Shown: positions 37,391-49,859 of the stretch, piece after piece
Position numbering within the stretch: position 1 is the first letter of the stretch
Layout of the letters: the number at the start of each line of letters is the position of its first letter
Source: Balamuthia mandrillaris
Taxonomy: Eukaryota
Length of the DNA: 64,000 nucleotides
Direction of reading: 5' to 3'
Assembly (NCBI GenBank): GCA_031835245.2
Contig: JAVKOQ020000029.1
Location: forward strand, 186,001 to 250,000
Made by a program: the position numbers and the translations under genes
The notes under the pieces: model-generated
What the model saw: only the letters and a program-made list of their open reading frames with translations
Told to the model about the DNA's origin: nothing
Database searches by the model: none

Positions 37391-40318
37391 CATGATAGAG
37401 TTCTTTCTTTTTGGAGGATGACGAACAACGCAAAGAGAAGGAAAAAGAAAAGGAGAAAGAAAAAGAAGAAGAACAGTTTCCTACTTTTCTCAGCCCTCTT
37501 CAACGATCTATTTTGAAACGCCCTGCTCTTCGCTCCTTTTCTCCTTCTTCCTTCAACAAACCGACAACAGAGTCACCACTCTCGCGTGCCTTTTCTCCCA
37601 ACATACAAACAGCTGCTGAAGGAGAAAGAATAGATGATTTCGATGTTGTTCCTTTACCTGCCAAACGTCGTGACATGAAAGAGGTTTCTGCCTCCGCAAC
37701 TACTGCAGCTGCCTCCTCTTCTCCTCCTTCCTTCTTTCGTAGCAAAAAAGCAGCCAACGTCCTGGAGTACGGCGTAGCTCCTTCTAAAACTCTACTGCCC
37801 TACAAATCCGATGAGTCAGTGGCGGACGCAAGCCTCTTCCTGGCACGTTCCTTCCGTGCAGGCTGGGGACCCAATGGGCTGATAGCGTTCGCCAGCTGCG
37901 GTCGTGGATCTATTGTCTTCCCACAACCACTAGCACCGTCATCGAAGCAAGGACAAGCTCTTCCTCGCGGTTTGGCATCAACAGCTTCTCTTAGTGGCCA
38001 AGATGCTCTTGTGGACAACAACATGACCCATCTCAGCATCATTCAGGTGGACCGAATTCGTCTTACCTCCATTCCTTTGGAGCAAACGGTATCGCTGTTG
38101 CGTAAGCATCTGGACCACAGCATAGATCTTGCACGAGTGACTGCACCTACATCTTCCACAACAACTGCATCATCAATGACTGTTTCTGATGAAGAGGAAG
38201 ACAGCCAAAGTGAAGAAGAAAAAGAACACGGAGAAGGGAACGATCAAAAACCAGTTCTTCCCAGGTGGCAACTGACCAATGTCCTCGAGAACGTAAAGAG
38301 CAACGAACAACACTACGACCTGTTTTTGAAAGAAAGCGACCCTTCTTTCAGCTCCTCTTCTGCTGCTTCGTCTTCTGCATCTGCTTCATTACCTGCTCTT
38401 CTATTCTCGTCTCCCATGTCAACCGCTTTGCATCATGGCAGGCTCATCTGGAGCCTCATTCATGCATTGTGGGGAAGAGAAACGGGCACCAATTTTCCTT
38501 CCACCTTAAAAAACGAAGACACTGATCCTGGTAGTACGTTGGACTCGTTTTACAGTCAACGGGTCGCTCGTTTGCGAGCGTTCAGCAGCTGGTTGCAGGC
38601 TGCCGCTGCTGAACGGGCTAAAAGTGATGTGACCTCGAATGTGTGGCAAAAGATCTTCAGTTTATTGTCTGCTAAACAGATTTCGGAAGCACTTGCTGCC
38701 GTACGTTACTTTATATTCAGTTTTTTGTTTCCCTTACTAAGATTTTTTTTCTTTGTTCACTTTTTATCCTTTTAGGCATTGAAACACTCAGACTTCAAAC
38801 TAGCAATGCTGTTGTCACAAGCGTGCACTAACTCGATAGGTGGGGCCTTGGAGCAACTCTGGACCTGCAAATGGTGAGGCAAAGAGAAGCATTGATCAAG
38901 AACGTACTCTCTCGGCATTGTTTGAGCGAACCGATGGAGCACCGCGGTACTACTGGTGGAGATGAGAGCGATGGAGAAGGGGAAGACCTCAATGCATTGC
39001 TTTCACGATCACCAACAGCAGCAAGCAACTTCTCAACACTTAGCGAACAGGACAAGGAAAGGAGACGTAAAGAGAAGTTCCTCGTTCAAGAATTGCACAT
39101 TCCACCCGAATGGTTAGAAGAAAGCAAGGTAACTTGTCATCTTCTATTGTTTGTCTGTATTCTTGATTCTGCTTATTCTTATTCTTGCTCGTGCTTTAAA
39201 AAGGCGTGGCACGCTCGGTATTCTCATAAGAGCACAAAGCAAGTGGTAGAGCACCTGATGAGATCCCGTGCTCACTGGCAGGAGGCACATGACTTGGCAG
39301 TTTGCTCACTTGCTCCTGATCTTATATTACGAGGTTTTACTCTCTTTTCTGTTTTTTTATTTATTTTTTTTGGGGGGGGGAATTCCTTCTCATTGCTCTT
39401 TTCTTAAAAACTATCTTAGGAGAACACAACAAGGTTTTGAGTCTGTTCAGAAAAATAGAGAAGGAAGCGGGAGAGTACATCAAAGGATGGAGTTCGGGGG
39501 GTAGAATCTTTTTGGAATACGCCACCATCGTCATCGACTTACCCAATTTATTGGATAGCATTGCTGTGGATCCTGTATGCTTTCTTCCTCAACTTTTTGC
39601 CCCTCTTGCATGCTTTATCTTATGATCGTTTTTTGCTATCATTTCTTTGTTTGTTTGTTTTAAACGTTGTGGACTAAAATTACAACAGCACAACGAAGAC
39701 GTTCACTCCAGTTTGTTAGAACTCGGAACACAGACAGAACGGTTGGCAAGAGAGCTGGGCGCCTTATGGTCCTCCAACAGCAATCTCACCAGGTTCATAG
39801 TATTCTCTTGTGTTGTTGTGTTGTGTTGTGTTGTGTTGTGTTGTGTTGTGTTGTGTTGTGTTGTGTTGTGTTGTGTTGTGTTGTGTTGTGTTGTGTTGTG
39901 TTGTGTTGTGCTTTGCTGGAAAGAACAAACGTTGAACTCAAACATTTACACCACAAAACAGACACCAACAAATATGTTATACTGAAATGTCCCAAAAACT
40001 GGTTGGCTTTATGACGCACATACGGCATTACATCTCTCCTTCCTTGAAGCCTTTAGACTTGGCTGCTTCTGCTACTCCAACAACCCGCCGTGGCTTTTAT
40101 GATACTGTCGTAAGTTCTGCCTTTCTTTATTCATTGTCCCTTCTTTCTTCCGTTCGTTCTACATTCATTCAATCTAACTTAAATAACAATAAAAGGACAC
40201 AACGCCGGTAGCAGAACTGCTGCAGTTGGCGCCAAAGTTGACGAGTTTGGCCATTCCAGAGAACAACCGTCTTTCCTTGTTACGAACAATGTGTTCCACC
40301 CTCCTTTACTCCGAATAA
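36111..40318 (+). CDS. NUP96: Nucleoporin Nup96 with an N-terminal autopeptidase domain; internal frame break near 38821-38877
   Basis: FSVGRRGFGSVTFLGATDVRGLDLD; LNKPAIITL; WVFRVEHFTRYGL; LARSFRAGWGPNG; IWSLIHALWG; FSSWLQ; LHIPPEWLEESKAW. Confidence 0.85.
39808..39910. repeat. (TTGTG)n pentamer microsatellite in a Nup96 intron
   Basis: About 20 tandem ttgtg units; the same unit occurs at about 4351-4378. Confidence 0.95.
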
Positions 40319-40614
40319 CAATATCATAACAAGTCCTTTCTCTCTGCTCTCTTGCGCTCTCTTCAACGAAATCCCAACAGCAGTGTTTTATAATAAATAC
40401 CATAATAAAACGGCCCTACCGTGGACAGTGTTCTCAAAATGGGTACGCCAAACTTTTGACCTACCAGCCTGGTGCGGCAAACTTAGCCGACCCGTCTATT
40501 GTTGGCGCTCACGCGCTGCTTCTGCAAGTCACCTTCAGTCCGGGTCGATGGTGGTTAAAATCCATCCCAGGCTTTTTTTTGTTTTTGCTAGAATTTCTTT
40601 ACAGTTACTTTTTA

Positions 40615-43208
40615 TTAGTCGCTTTCTTCTTCACTGCTGGAGGAAGAGGAGCCCTCTTCACTTTCAGCAGCTTCAGAGGTCTTTTCTTTATCCTGGCTTT
40701 CGTCCTCTCCGCTACTGTCTCCTGCAGCACTCTCCTTTCGCTTGCTCACATTCAAAGCACTCCCTTTTGTATATTCACTGCCACCTTGGTCATCATCGTC
40801 ATCTTCTTCCGTATTTACAGTGTTCTCATCCGCTGGACTGACGATCGAGTGGAATACCTCTTCCAATGCTATGGATTTAAATGTAATATTATAACACCCA
40901 CCACTTGTTAGGGAGATGGGAACTCTTGAACAAGAGAAAGAAAGAAAAGAAGCAAATAAACGTACTTGTGTTGCAAATGCCCCAATCGCTGATACCTAAC
41001 CGCTCCCTATTCGCTTCCATCTCGCTGAATACCTGTGACAAAACGACTGACTTCTTGTCAATGCGATAGTTGCGCGTGCCAGCCAAACTGTTGAGCAGGA
41101 TGCACCCAGGCAGCAACTTCTTGACAAACTTGTGAGCAGCAGCATCGCACTCGGGAGAGGCGTGGACAGTAAGCTTGTAGCCAGCTCCAAAGCGTCGTTT
41201 AAGGTCGGAGCTTGGGCCAATGGCCTTGAGCTGACCGCCCGCCATCACGATGACTCGGTCGCAGAGAGCTTCAGCCTCCTCCATGGAGTGGGTGGTCAGC
41301 AGAAGGGCGCTCTTTTTCTTGCGTTTGGCGATGGTTTCCCACAAACCTCTCTTGGACTTTGGATCCAATCCTCTATTTGTTTCAGGTTTGAAGCAAACGA
41401 ACGAAATAAGTACAACATTCGATAGCAAAATTGAGAGGAAGAAAAGCGAATGCGAGAAACGTACGTGCTAGGCTCATCAAGGAATACCATTTTAGGTTCA
41501 GCCATCAACGAAATAGCGACACTCAACCTCCTCTTCATTCCTCCGGAGTACTTGCTGGAGAGCTTGTTGCGAGCTTCTCTCAAGTTGACAGAAACCAACG
41601 CTGCCCTGACTGCTTTGTGCAAGGCCGGTCCTTTTAAGTTCTTCAACCTCCCGTAGAAGAGAAGGTGCTCTTTGGCGGTCATGTTGCCCCAAAGGATGTC
41701 GTGCTGCGGGCAGACGCCTGTCAACATGTGGACCTGGTCGATCTGGTCTTTGATGCTGAGGCCGAACATCTCTGCTGTGCCGCTGCTTGGCTCGAACAGA
41801 CCTGTTAGAATGCTGATTAAAGTGGTTTTGCCCTATTATATACGAAGATTAGAATGATACACTGAGAAACCAAACAAAGAAAAACACCAACGAGAAAGTC
41901 ATACCGCTCCGTTCGGACCCAAAATGCCAACACACTCACCAGCAGCAATGCTGAAGGCAACATTGTTCACAGCAAAGTAAGGTGCGGTCAACTTGGGCTT
42001 CTTCCTGCCACGAGTAACAAACTCCACTAAACGACTCCACCAAATCTCCAAGTAAGAGGAACCACCGAATCTCTTCTTGATGTCTAACACTCGCAAGGCA
42101 TTGCCAGCTCCTCCGATGGCGTAAGTTTTTTGACGTGCGGCTGCTACGTCTGTGGGTTCGTAGGAGGTATCTTCATGTTCAGTCTTTGTGTAGTCAGTTT
42201 CCTCTGCTGGAAACCATTTGGAGAATGGAGGCACTTTCTTCAACCACGCCAAGAAGAAGAGAGGGTGTCTCTTCACTCCTTGTCCGGAAGGAAAGACGTT
42301 TTCCAAGTAACTGTAAGAAAGAATATTTCAGTTAAAACGTACACCACAAGTCTAACAGAGAGAAAGAGAAACATAGAGATATGAGATGAGATGAACGTAC
42401 TAAGCCATAATTAACATAATAAACCACTCTACGATGAGATGACCATAGACGGCAAGCATGTTGAGGTCTTCGTTGGCAATGTCATCTAGTTTCATACCAG
42501 GGCCATTGAATGCCACCTCGTTTCCTAGATAAACAAGACCCCTATACAATGCAAATGGAGGAACAATACTGAGGCCAAACAGAGTGGCTGTAAAGCGACA
42601 AGAAGAGGATAGAAAACGAGTTACAAACATGGTGAGCGAGCGAGAAAACGAGAAAGAAAAGGTAACGAATAAATAAATCAAGAGAGAAGTTGATTTCACC
42701 TCCGGGTGTATCAATGTCACTCACTAGCGAGTCTACCAGATATAAACAGATGAAGCAAATGGCTAAGATGAGGAAATAACCCACAACTTTAAATTGAAAG
42801 ACACCAAATGAGTTAAAAACAACCACAAGCAGGAGAAAAAAAGAAAGGTAAGAAAAGAGTACTTGTTGCTGTTTTTGCCTTGTTGAAAAAGACGGAGAGC
42901 AAGAAAGACATTGCAATGAGCGTGTGACCCCATATGAGAAATAATAAGAAATATAGCAAGAAGTTATTCACAGTGAAGAACCGGAACTCTAATTTGTGTT
43001 GTTTCAATTTGAAATAAAAACGAGATTGTCAGCTCTTGTGGCCACTAAAACGAAATAAGAAACTAAGTAGGCAAAAAGTTTCGTACGAAAGATCCAGCCA
43101 AACACAATGAGAAAGAGCATTACGCCGAGGTACAAAATATAGTTGAAGAGGTAAAGGACTACCCAATAGATCCACATTTTTAGGCCCATCTTTTTGCAGT
43201 TTTGTAAA

Positions 43209-43252
<44 letters not shown>

Positions 43253-44696
43253 CTACCATCTTCATGATCTCTCGGAGCCGATGTTCTTTTTCATAGGCAA
43301 TTGCCTATTTGCTAAAGTTAAACAAAAGAATAACAATTCTGAAATAGAGCAAAGACCTACCGAAAGAAATACAGGAAGCAATTGATGCAAGATCAACGCA
43401 TAGAAAAAAGCTGTAAAAAGTTTGACGTGTAGGTTAGACAATTGTAAGGAAAATAAAGTGAAAAAGGATACCACTTACATCCAGCTAAACTGGCCAAATC
43501 TATTGTCGTTTCATCATCATCTCTCGGAATGTTCTTTATTCCAACTGAAATGCGTTTAAAAAGAACGTTTAGGGAAGAGAGAGAGAGAGAGAAAAAAAAA
43601 AGAAATACGAACTGAGTTCAATAATAGAATTTCCTCCGGAAATGAAACGAGAAAGGGCATTCGTTATGAGAGAGAGCGCTCCTGGGACGTCTCTGCCACG
43701 CGTGACGGTATAGTTGTAGAAAACGGAAACCCTGTACACGTCGTTCACCGTGTCGACAGTCTGAAACTCAAACGCTGTTGTGTAGAACCCAAAAGTTAGA
43801 AAACGCAAAGCGAAAGGAAGGAAATGAAGAGAAAGACCATTTGGATAGAGTGGGACCTCAGCGAATGCACCAAAGAGAATGGCATCTATGTCAGCTTTGC
43901 TTGCTTCTTGTTGGAAAGAAAAGTTACGAGGACGAGACACGTAATCATCCAAGTCTTCTGGAAACAAGTCAGAGTCCGAGAATTCCAAAAACTGCAGTTG
44001 GTTGGTAAATATGTTAAAACCTAACGTTAAGCCGCGGGACAGAGAACGAGAGAAAGAGAAGCAAAGAGAGAGAGAGAGAGAGAGAGAGCATTTGAGTGAG
44101 AATAACCGTGCCTTGATGGAAAGGGTATCGTTTATGATCTCTCCTAATAGGCCAGTGCCTCCACCCGGTTCGTACTGGCCGACCCCCGTGTTATTCGTGT
44201 AGAGCAACACCACGTCCCCTATTTGGTCCAGCCGGTCCACTTCCGTCAGTCTGTTGTTGTTTGTTAGAAAGAGGAAAAGCACGAAGAAAAAAAGCAAGAG
44301 GGTGAGTGTGTGGGTGAGCGAGTGAGGTGGTACATGAGAAAAGGCTCACGAAGGGGCGGGCTGGGCTGCGCCTCCAGGTCCTCCGCAAACACCGAGTCGA
44401 TCCAGATCTGGAGGCCCAAAATAAGGAGCAACGCTGCCAACGGCGTCAACAGCTGGCAAACGTTGGTAGCATAGTTTCGTCTCTGCATTACATACAGTCG
44501 GAGTCGTTTGTGAGTTCTTGTTACTGTCTAAAGGAACAACGCAAGATGGGAGGAAAGAAACCTGAAGCGTTGCGTTCTTGACGAGAAGCGCCCAGAACTG
44601 AGCGCTGGCCGAGAAGTTGCCTTTGACGGTGCGTTGGATCCTGGATCTGGACAAAGTGGAGGGAGCCTCCACTTCGATGTCGTCCTCCGATGGCAT
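40615..44696 (-). CDS. ABCA-family half-transporter (TMD-NBD), resembling plant ABCA3-8/12 type
   Basis: QFWALLVKNATLQ; EKEHRLREIMK|MGLK; GILGPNGA|GKTT; GVCPQHDILW; YSGGMKRRLSVA; LDEPST|GLDP; LTTHSMEEAE. Confidence 0.93.
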
Positions 44697-45241
44697 TGTA
44701 TGTTTGGTGTATTTTTTTTTAAAAAAAATGTTTTATAGCCCACAAAGAGAGAGGAGCGATAGGCGGATGATGGAGAAGGACTGGTTTTTTTTCAAAAAAC
44801 AACAATAGAGAAGAAGAAGAACCACAAAGTGGGCATTCCAAATTTCTTATCTTTGCTGCTTTTTCCGTCGTCTCTTCCTCGTAATTTTTGGTGGGCAATT
44901 TATCGGATTGTTGTCTTTAAAAGGTAGTGATCGGGTGAACTGTAGGAGGTTTTTGACCAATGGGATAATATATCGCTGGTTTTATTTTCCTAATATGCTT
45001 AAAGTCACCGAATTGTTATTATCCGTTCCGCGGGTATTCCGATAGTATCGCGTAAATATCGGCAGTTATTTACGGAAGGGGCGACAAATGAAGGAAGAGA
45101 GAGAGTTACGAAGAAGAAGTTAAAGAAAAAAAGAGAAGCCCTTCTCTCGTTGTACTTCTTCTTCTTCTTTTCATTGGTTTGGAATAAAAAGGCGCCTCTC
45201 TTTTACCCTGCGCAGCCACACAGACGTGAAACGGAGTTGAG

Positions 45242-45339
45242 ATGACGGGGACAAACAAGGTGAATGGCTTTTCGAAATGGTGGACCCAGTTTCGTTTGTT
45301 GATGTGGAAAAACTGGCTTTTGACGGTAACGTTCGCACG

Positions 45340-45380
<41 letters not shown>

Positions 45381-46014
45381 AGCCCCAACTGACTTTGTGC
45401 CTTCAGAAACGAAACAAAAAGTCATTTTTAGTGCAGATAGCGGCTCCGTTCATCCTGGTGTTCATGCTGTGGGTCATGGAGAAAGCCATCATCTCCTCTC
45501 AGGACGACAACTTCTTTGAAGTCAGTACGTATCGCTTTGCTCTCTTCTTTGAGCGGTGGCCCAAGTATCACTGACCCATACGTATGTTTGTGTTCACACC
45601 AATTTTAAAAAAAAAGTACGGTCCTACAACAGAGAGCCAGCTGGCCACATACCACGCTGCGTTACCGGAGACCCTGGCTATTGCTACACCTTTGTCTACG
45701 CTCCCGCCAACGACACTGAAGTTGAAACCATCATCAGAAATGTTTGTAGTTTTCTTTTTCCTTTTCTTTTTCTTTTTCTTTTCTTTTCTTTTCTTTCTTC
45801 TCTCTCTCTCTCTCTCTCTCTTACGTACGGTGCTCTCAACAGATACGAGAACAAAATGACCCACCTATACCGGAGAGCGAAGTGCGTGGCTTTGCTGACT
45901 CCACCGAGGTGGATGACTTTATTTACAACCATTTGAACACCACTCAAGGCGGTACCTAATCCTTTTTAGTTTCACTTCATTCTTCCTTCCTTCCTTCCTT
46001 CCTTTCCTTTATAG

Positions 46015-46046
<32 letters not shown>

Positions 46047-46376
46047 CTTTCTTGTAGTTTCCTTGGTGGGCTTTGTTTCGTTGCTTTCTTATTTCTGACC
46101 TCTCTTGTCTCTCTTCTCACATTCACAGCCTACATCTTTGACTTTGTGGAGGAAACCCCTGGAGTTCGCACACTGTCCTACATCTTGCAAGTCAATGAGA
46201 CCAACCAAAGAAGACAAGGCCGTCTGATAGAGTACACTACCTATCTGCAAATCCCGATGGACGTTGCTGTCCAGCGACAACTCTTTAGGCTGGCTACCAA
46301 CAATCCAGACCTGCAATGGGACGTTGATCTCGTGGAGTTTCCTCATCGCGAGGTCGAGACCATCGATAGTACGTTG

Positions 46377-46410
<34 letters not shown>

Positions 46411-47785
46411 CTCTCCACTCTAACAATATTTTTTTGATACTACAGTTATTGCTGCTGGTGGTCCTCTCTTCTTTTTTGGCGCACTTATGTTTAACTTTGT
46501 GGTGGGTCTCACTCAGATAGTTATCGAAAAAGAACAACGACTTCGGCTCTTCATGAACATAATGGGACTTATGGTATCTGTTCATTCTGCTCCGTCTTCT
46601 TCTCATGTTCTAAAATTTATTATTTTTCTTTGTTTAAATAGGATTCTGTATTTTGGGCGAGTTGGTTTCTCGTTCAGTCTTTGTACAGCACCTTGACAGT
46701 GTTCATTCTCATCATATCGGCCCTCATCTTTGACTTTGACTTCTTCATCAAGAACGACTTTGGAACCTACTTCTTGTTGATGTGGCTTTTTGCCTTGACA
46801 TTGATTCCTTTCTCCTTCCTCATTTCCACCCTCGTCCGCAGAGCCAAACAAGCCAATATCCTTTTCTATGTTTTTCTCTCTTTTTTTTCCCTTTGATTTT
46901 CTATGTGCTTAAGGTTTTATCTGGACAAAGTTGTTTGACTTAACTAATTGCCTTACCTAGCATTGGCTTCTTTGTTTTTGTCTCTGGCTTTATCTTTCAG
47001 CTGGTGGCAGAGTTTATTTATTCGGACAGTACTCCAGCCTTAGTTCAATACATTTTGGCCTTCTTCTCCCCTGTTATCTTCACAAAGGGACTTAAAGACT
47101 TGGGAACCTATTCCGACGAGGAAGCTGATGATGGTTTCCTTCCGTCTCTCTCTTCATTTTTCGTTATCTAACGTTCTGCTCTGTTCTTTTCTTGACAAAG
47201 GACTCGCCTTTTCTGAGGTTGATGATTACACGAACGACTTTCCGTTGTCAACGATCTATGGCTGGCTACTTTTAGACTTCGTGATTTATTGGGTATTAGC
47301 ATTGTATCTGGACAACGTGGTACCAACCGAGTATGGCATCCGTCGTCCATTGCATTACTTTGTGACACCCAGTTATTGGACTGGCAAGATGGATCCCAGT
47401 GATGATGGCATAGGACCTGTCTCTGAACCTGATGTATGATTTGTACTCCCTTACTTTTCCATTTTTCGTAGCCTCTCGTTGATATTTTTGTATTGTCACT
47501 GCAGCCATCCACCATGGACGCAGATGTGTATAAGACCGAAATGTCGGTCCGAAATGGACAAACCCCAGAGACAGCTGCTGTCAGGGTCGTGAACTTGAAC
47601 AAGACCTACGGCTCTTCCAGAAAAGGAGGCTGCTGTTCATGTTGCAATTGTTGCGCTTGTTCATGCTGTTGCAGTTGCTTTTGTGGCAAGAAAGTGCATC
47701 CCTACACTGCTGTTTCCAATGTCTGGTACTACATTGACTCGAATCAGTTGTTCTGTCTCCTTGGTCCCAACGGTGCTGGCAAGGT

Positions 47786-47821
<36 letters not shown>

Positions 47822-48657
47822 TTTCTCTTGTTACTTTAAGTTCTGTCTTTCTGGAACATTGTACTGAACATAGAAATGAAAATAACAAAAAAACAGACAA
47901 CAACAATTAGCATGTTAACAGGGCTTTTGCCACCAACACACGGCAACGCATATATTTACGGCAATTCCATCATTCATCAAATGACAAACATTCAGAAAGT
48001 GATGGGCGTTTGTCCTCAGTTTGACGTTTTGTGGGATGAGTTGACTGGAAAGGAGCATCTTCATATCTTTGCAGGGCTCAAAGGGATCCCTGGATGGAAG
48101 AACATGCGTGCGGAAGCTCGTCGTCGATTGGAGGTTTGTTTTCTGTTTTCTGTTTTTTTCTGTTTTTTTTTTAATTCCCTACTTACAATGTCGTGTTTGC
48201 AGGACGTGTCCTTGACATCAGCGCGTAACAAGCTTACTCACATGTATAGCGGAGGCATGAAACGTCGCCTTTCTGTTGCCATTGGTTCTTTCTCTCTTTG
48301 CCTCTCCTTATTTTCCTTATTACTTCTACTGACTGTTTTGATAATATTAGCCCTTATTGGTAATCCAAAAATCGTTTTCCTGGATGAACCGGTACTCTCT
48401 CTCTCTCCTTCTCTCTTTCTCTTTTCACTCATTTCTCTCTCTCTCTCTCATCTTATCACTCACATTTAATTTATTTCTCTCCCTCATTTTTTGAAAACCA
48501 ACAACAGACAACCGGTATGGACCCTGTTTCGCGAAGGCAAGTATGGAACATCATCGAAAGAGCAAAGAAAGGACGAGTCGTGGTGCTAACAACTCACTCT
48601 ATGGAGGAAGCTGATATTTTGGGTGATACAATTGGTACCGCGTGCCTCCCTTCTCTC

Positions 48658-48689
<32 letters not shown>

Positions 48690-49548
48690 GCTCTCTCCTG
48701 ATCGATAACCCTAACTCTAACGAATAACTTTTACAAACCCCAACACAGCAATCATGGCAAGAGGAAGACTGCGTTGTATTGGCAGTTCTATTCGTCTGAA
48801 ACAAAAGTTTGGAGCTGGTTACCGCGTTACTGTTTGTACAGAAGAAGGCAACGAACAACCTGTCATCGATTTCTTCACGCAACACCTCGAGGGTACTGCC
48901 ATCTTCTTTGATGTTTTTTTTCTCTATTGTTGTTCTCTTTCTACTGAACCTGTTCCTAACATGAACTGTACATAAATAGGAACTGTATTGGAGTCTGAGC
49001 CAGTGTCGGGTTATATGACATTTAACATTCCACGAGACCTTAGCGAAGCGCTCCCCGACTTTTTCGAAGAACTTGAATCTCATTATGATGACCTTAGCAT
49101 CTCTGACCTCCAATTGAGTTTAACGTACATCCCTCCATTGTTATCTCTTCCCTCTCTCTTTTAAACAACTGGTTAAAATCTGTGTCTATCATTCAGAACT
49201 TTGGAAGAAGTCTTTCTCAAGATTGCCAAAGATGCAGAAAAGGAAGCAGGTTATGATAGCGACGAGGACGAAGCTTCGCAGGACAACGAAACCTGGATCG
49301 AACGAGCCGCAGATAAGAAGGGCCTGTTGGGCAGGCTTCTCCACAGAAAGAAAAGAAAAGAAAAGATGGAGGAGGCCACCGAGCTAAAAACAGCAGCAGA
49401 TCTTGGCATCACCGAACGGAAGAGGAGAGAAGAAGGAAAACCAGGAAGTACTTCTGCCTCTTCGTCAAGCGAAGAAGAATCTGAGGAAGAAGAAGCGGAA
49501 GGCCTTTCTCGGAGCGAGTCTTCCTCCGAAGAAGACTCGGACGAGTAA
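45242..49548 (+). CDS. ABCA-family half-transporter (TMD-NBD), resembling plant ABCA2/9 type
   Basis: MTGTNK...QFRLLMWKNWLLT; EKEQRLRLFMNIMGL; LALYLDNVVP; QLFCLLGPNGAGK|TT; GVCPQFDVLW; YSGGMKRRLSVA; LTTHSMEEADILGD; LEEVFL. Confidence 0.93.
46856..46956 (+). other. U12-type AT-AC intron
   Basis: 5' splice site ATATCCTTT; branch-like GACTTAAC (46937-46944); ends CCTTAC; splicing gives RAKQA-T-SIGFFVF in frame. Confidence 0.88.
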
Positions 49549-49679
49549 GTTTATCCTATCACACCTATAAATGTTGTACATGACAGCTTTTTTTGTTGCA
49601 TACCACGGTGCCCTTGTCTACTGAGTCTCAACCAAAACGGAAATGCATGGCCAAACAGCCTTCCGTTTGCATGCAGTCA

Positions 49680-49721
49680 CAGAGAGAGAGAGAGAGGGAG
49701 ACAGAGAGAGAGAGAGAGAGG

Positions 49722-49764
<43 letters not shown>

Positions 49765-49779
49765 GAAGAGAGAGAGGAG
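49680..49779. repeat. Intergenic (AG)n microsatellite with GGAGAC interruptions, upstream of ORC5
   Basis: Direct inspection. Confidence 0.9.
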
Positions 49780-49823
49780 AACAATAGAGGCCGGATTTCC
49801 CAAGTTGAGGGGTCAGCTAGAGT

Positions 49824-49832
49824 TTTCCCGCC
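49824..49832 (+). promoter_or_regulatory. E2F consensus site (TTTCCCGCC) about 30 bp upstream of ORC5
   Basis: TTTTCCCGCCAAAA; matches TTTSSCGC. Confidence 0.65.
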
Positions 49833-49859
49833 AAAATGAACCCCAAAAAAAAAACGAAA

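Noticed and set aside
39808..39910. (TTGTG)n as a telomeric repeat or CRISPR-like array
   Set aside because: It is a simple intronic pentamer with no spacers and does not match TTAGGG-type repeats.
43461..43471. GTATCCTTT on the minus strand in the ABCA gene as a U12 donor
   Set aside because: A canonical GTAAGT donor 7 nt upstream has the phase needed for the ACAG acceptor; the U12-like site is out of phase.
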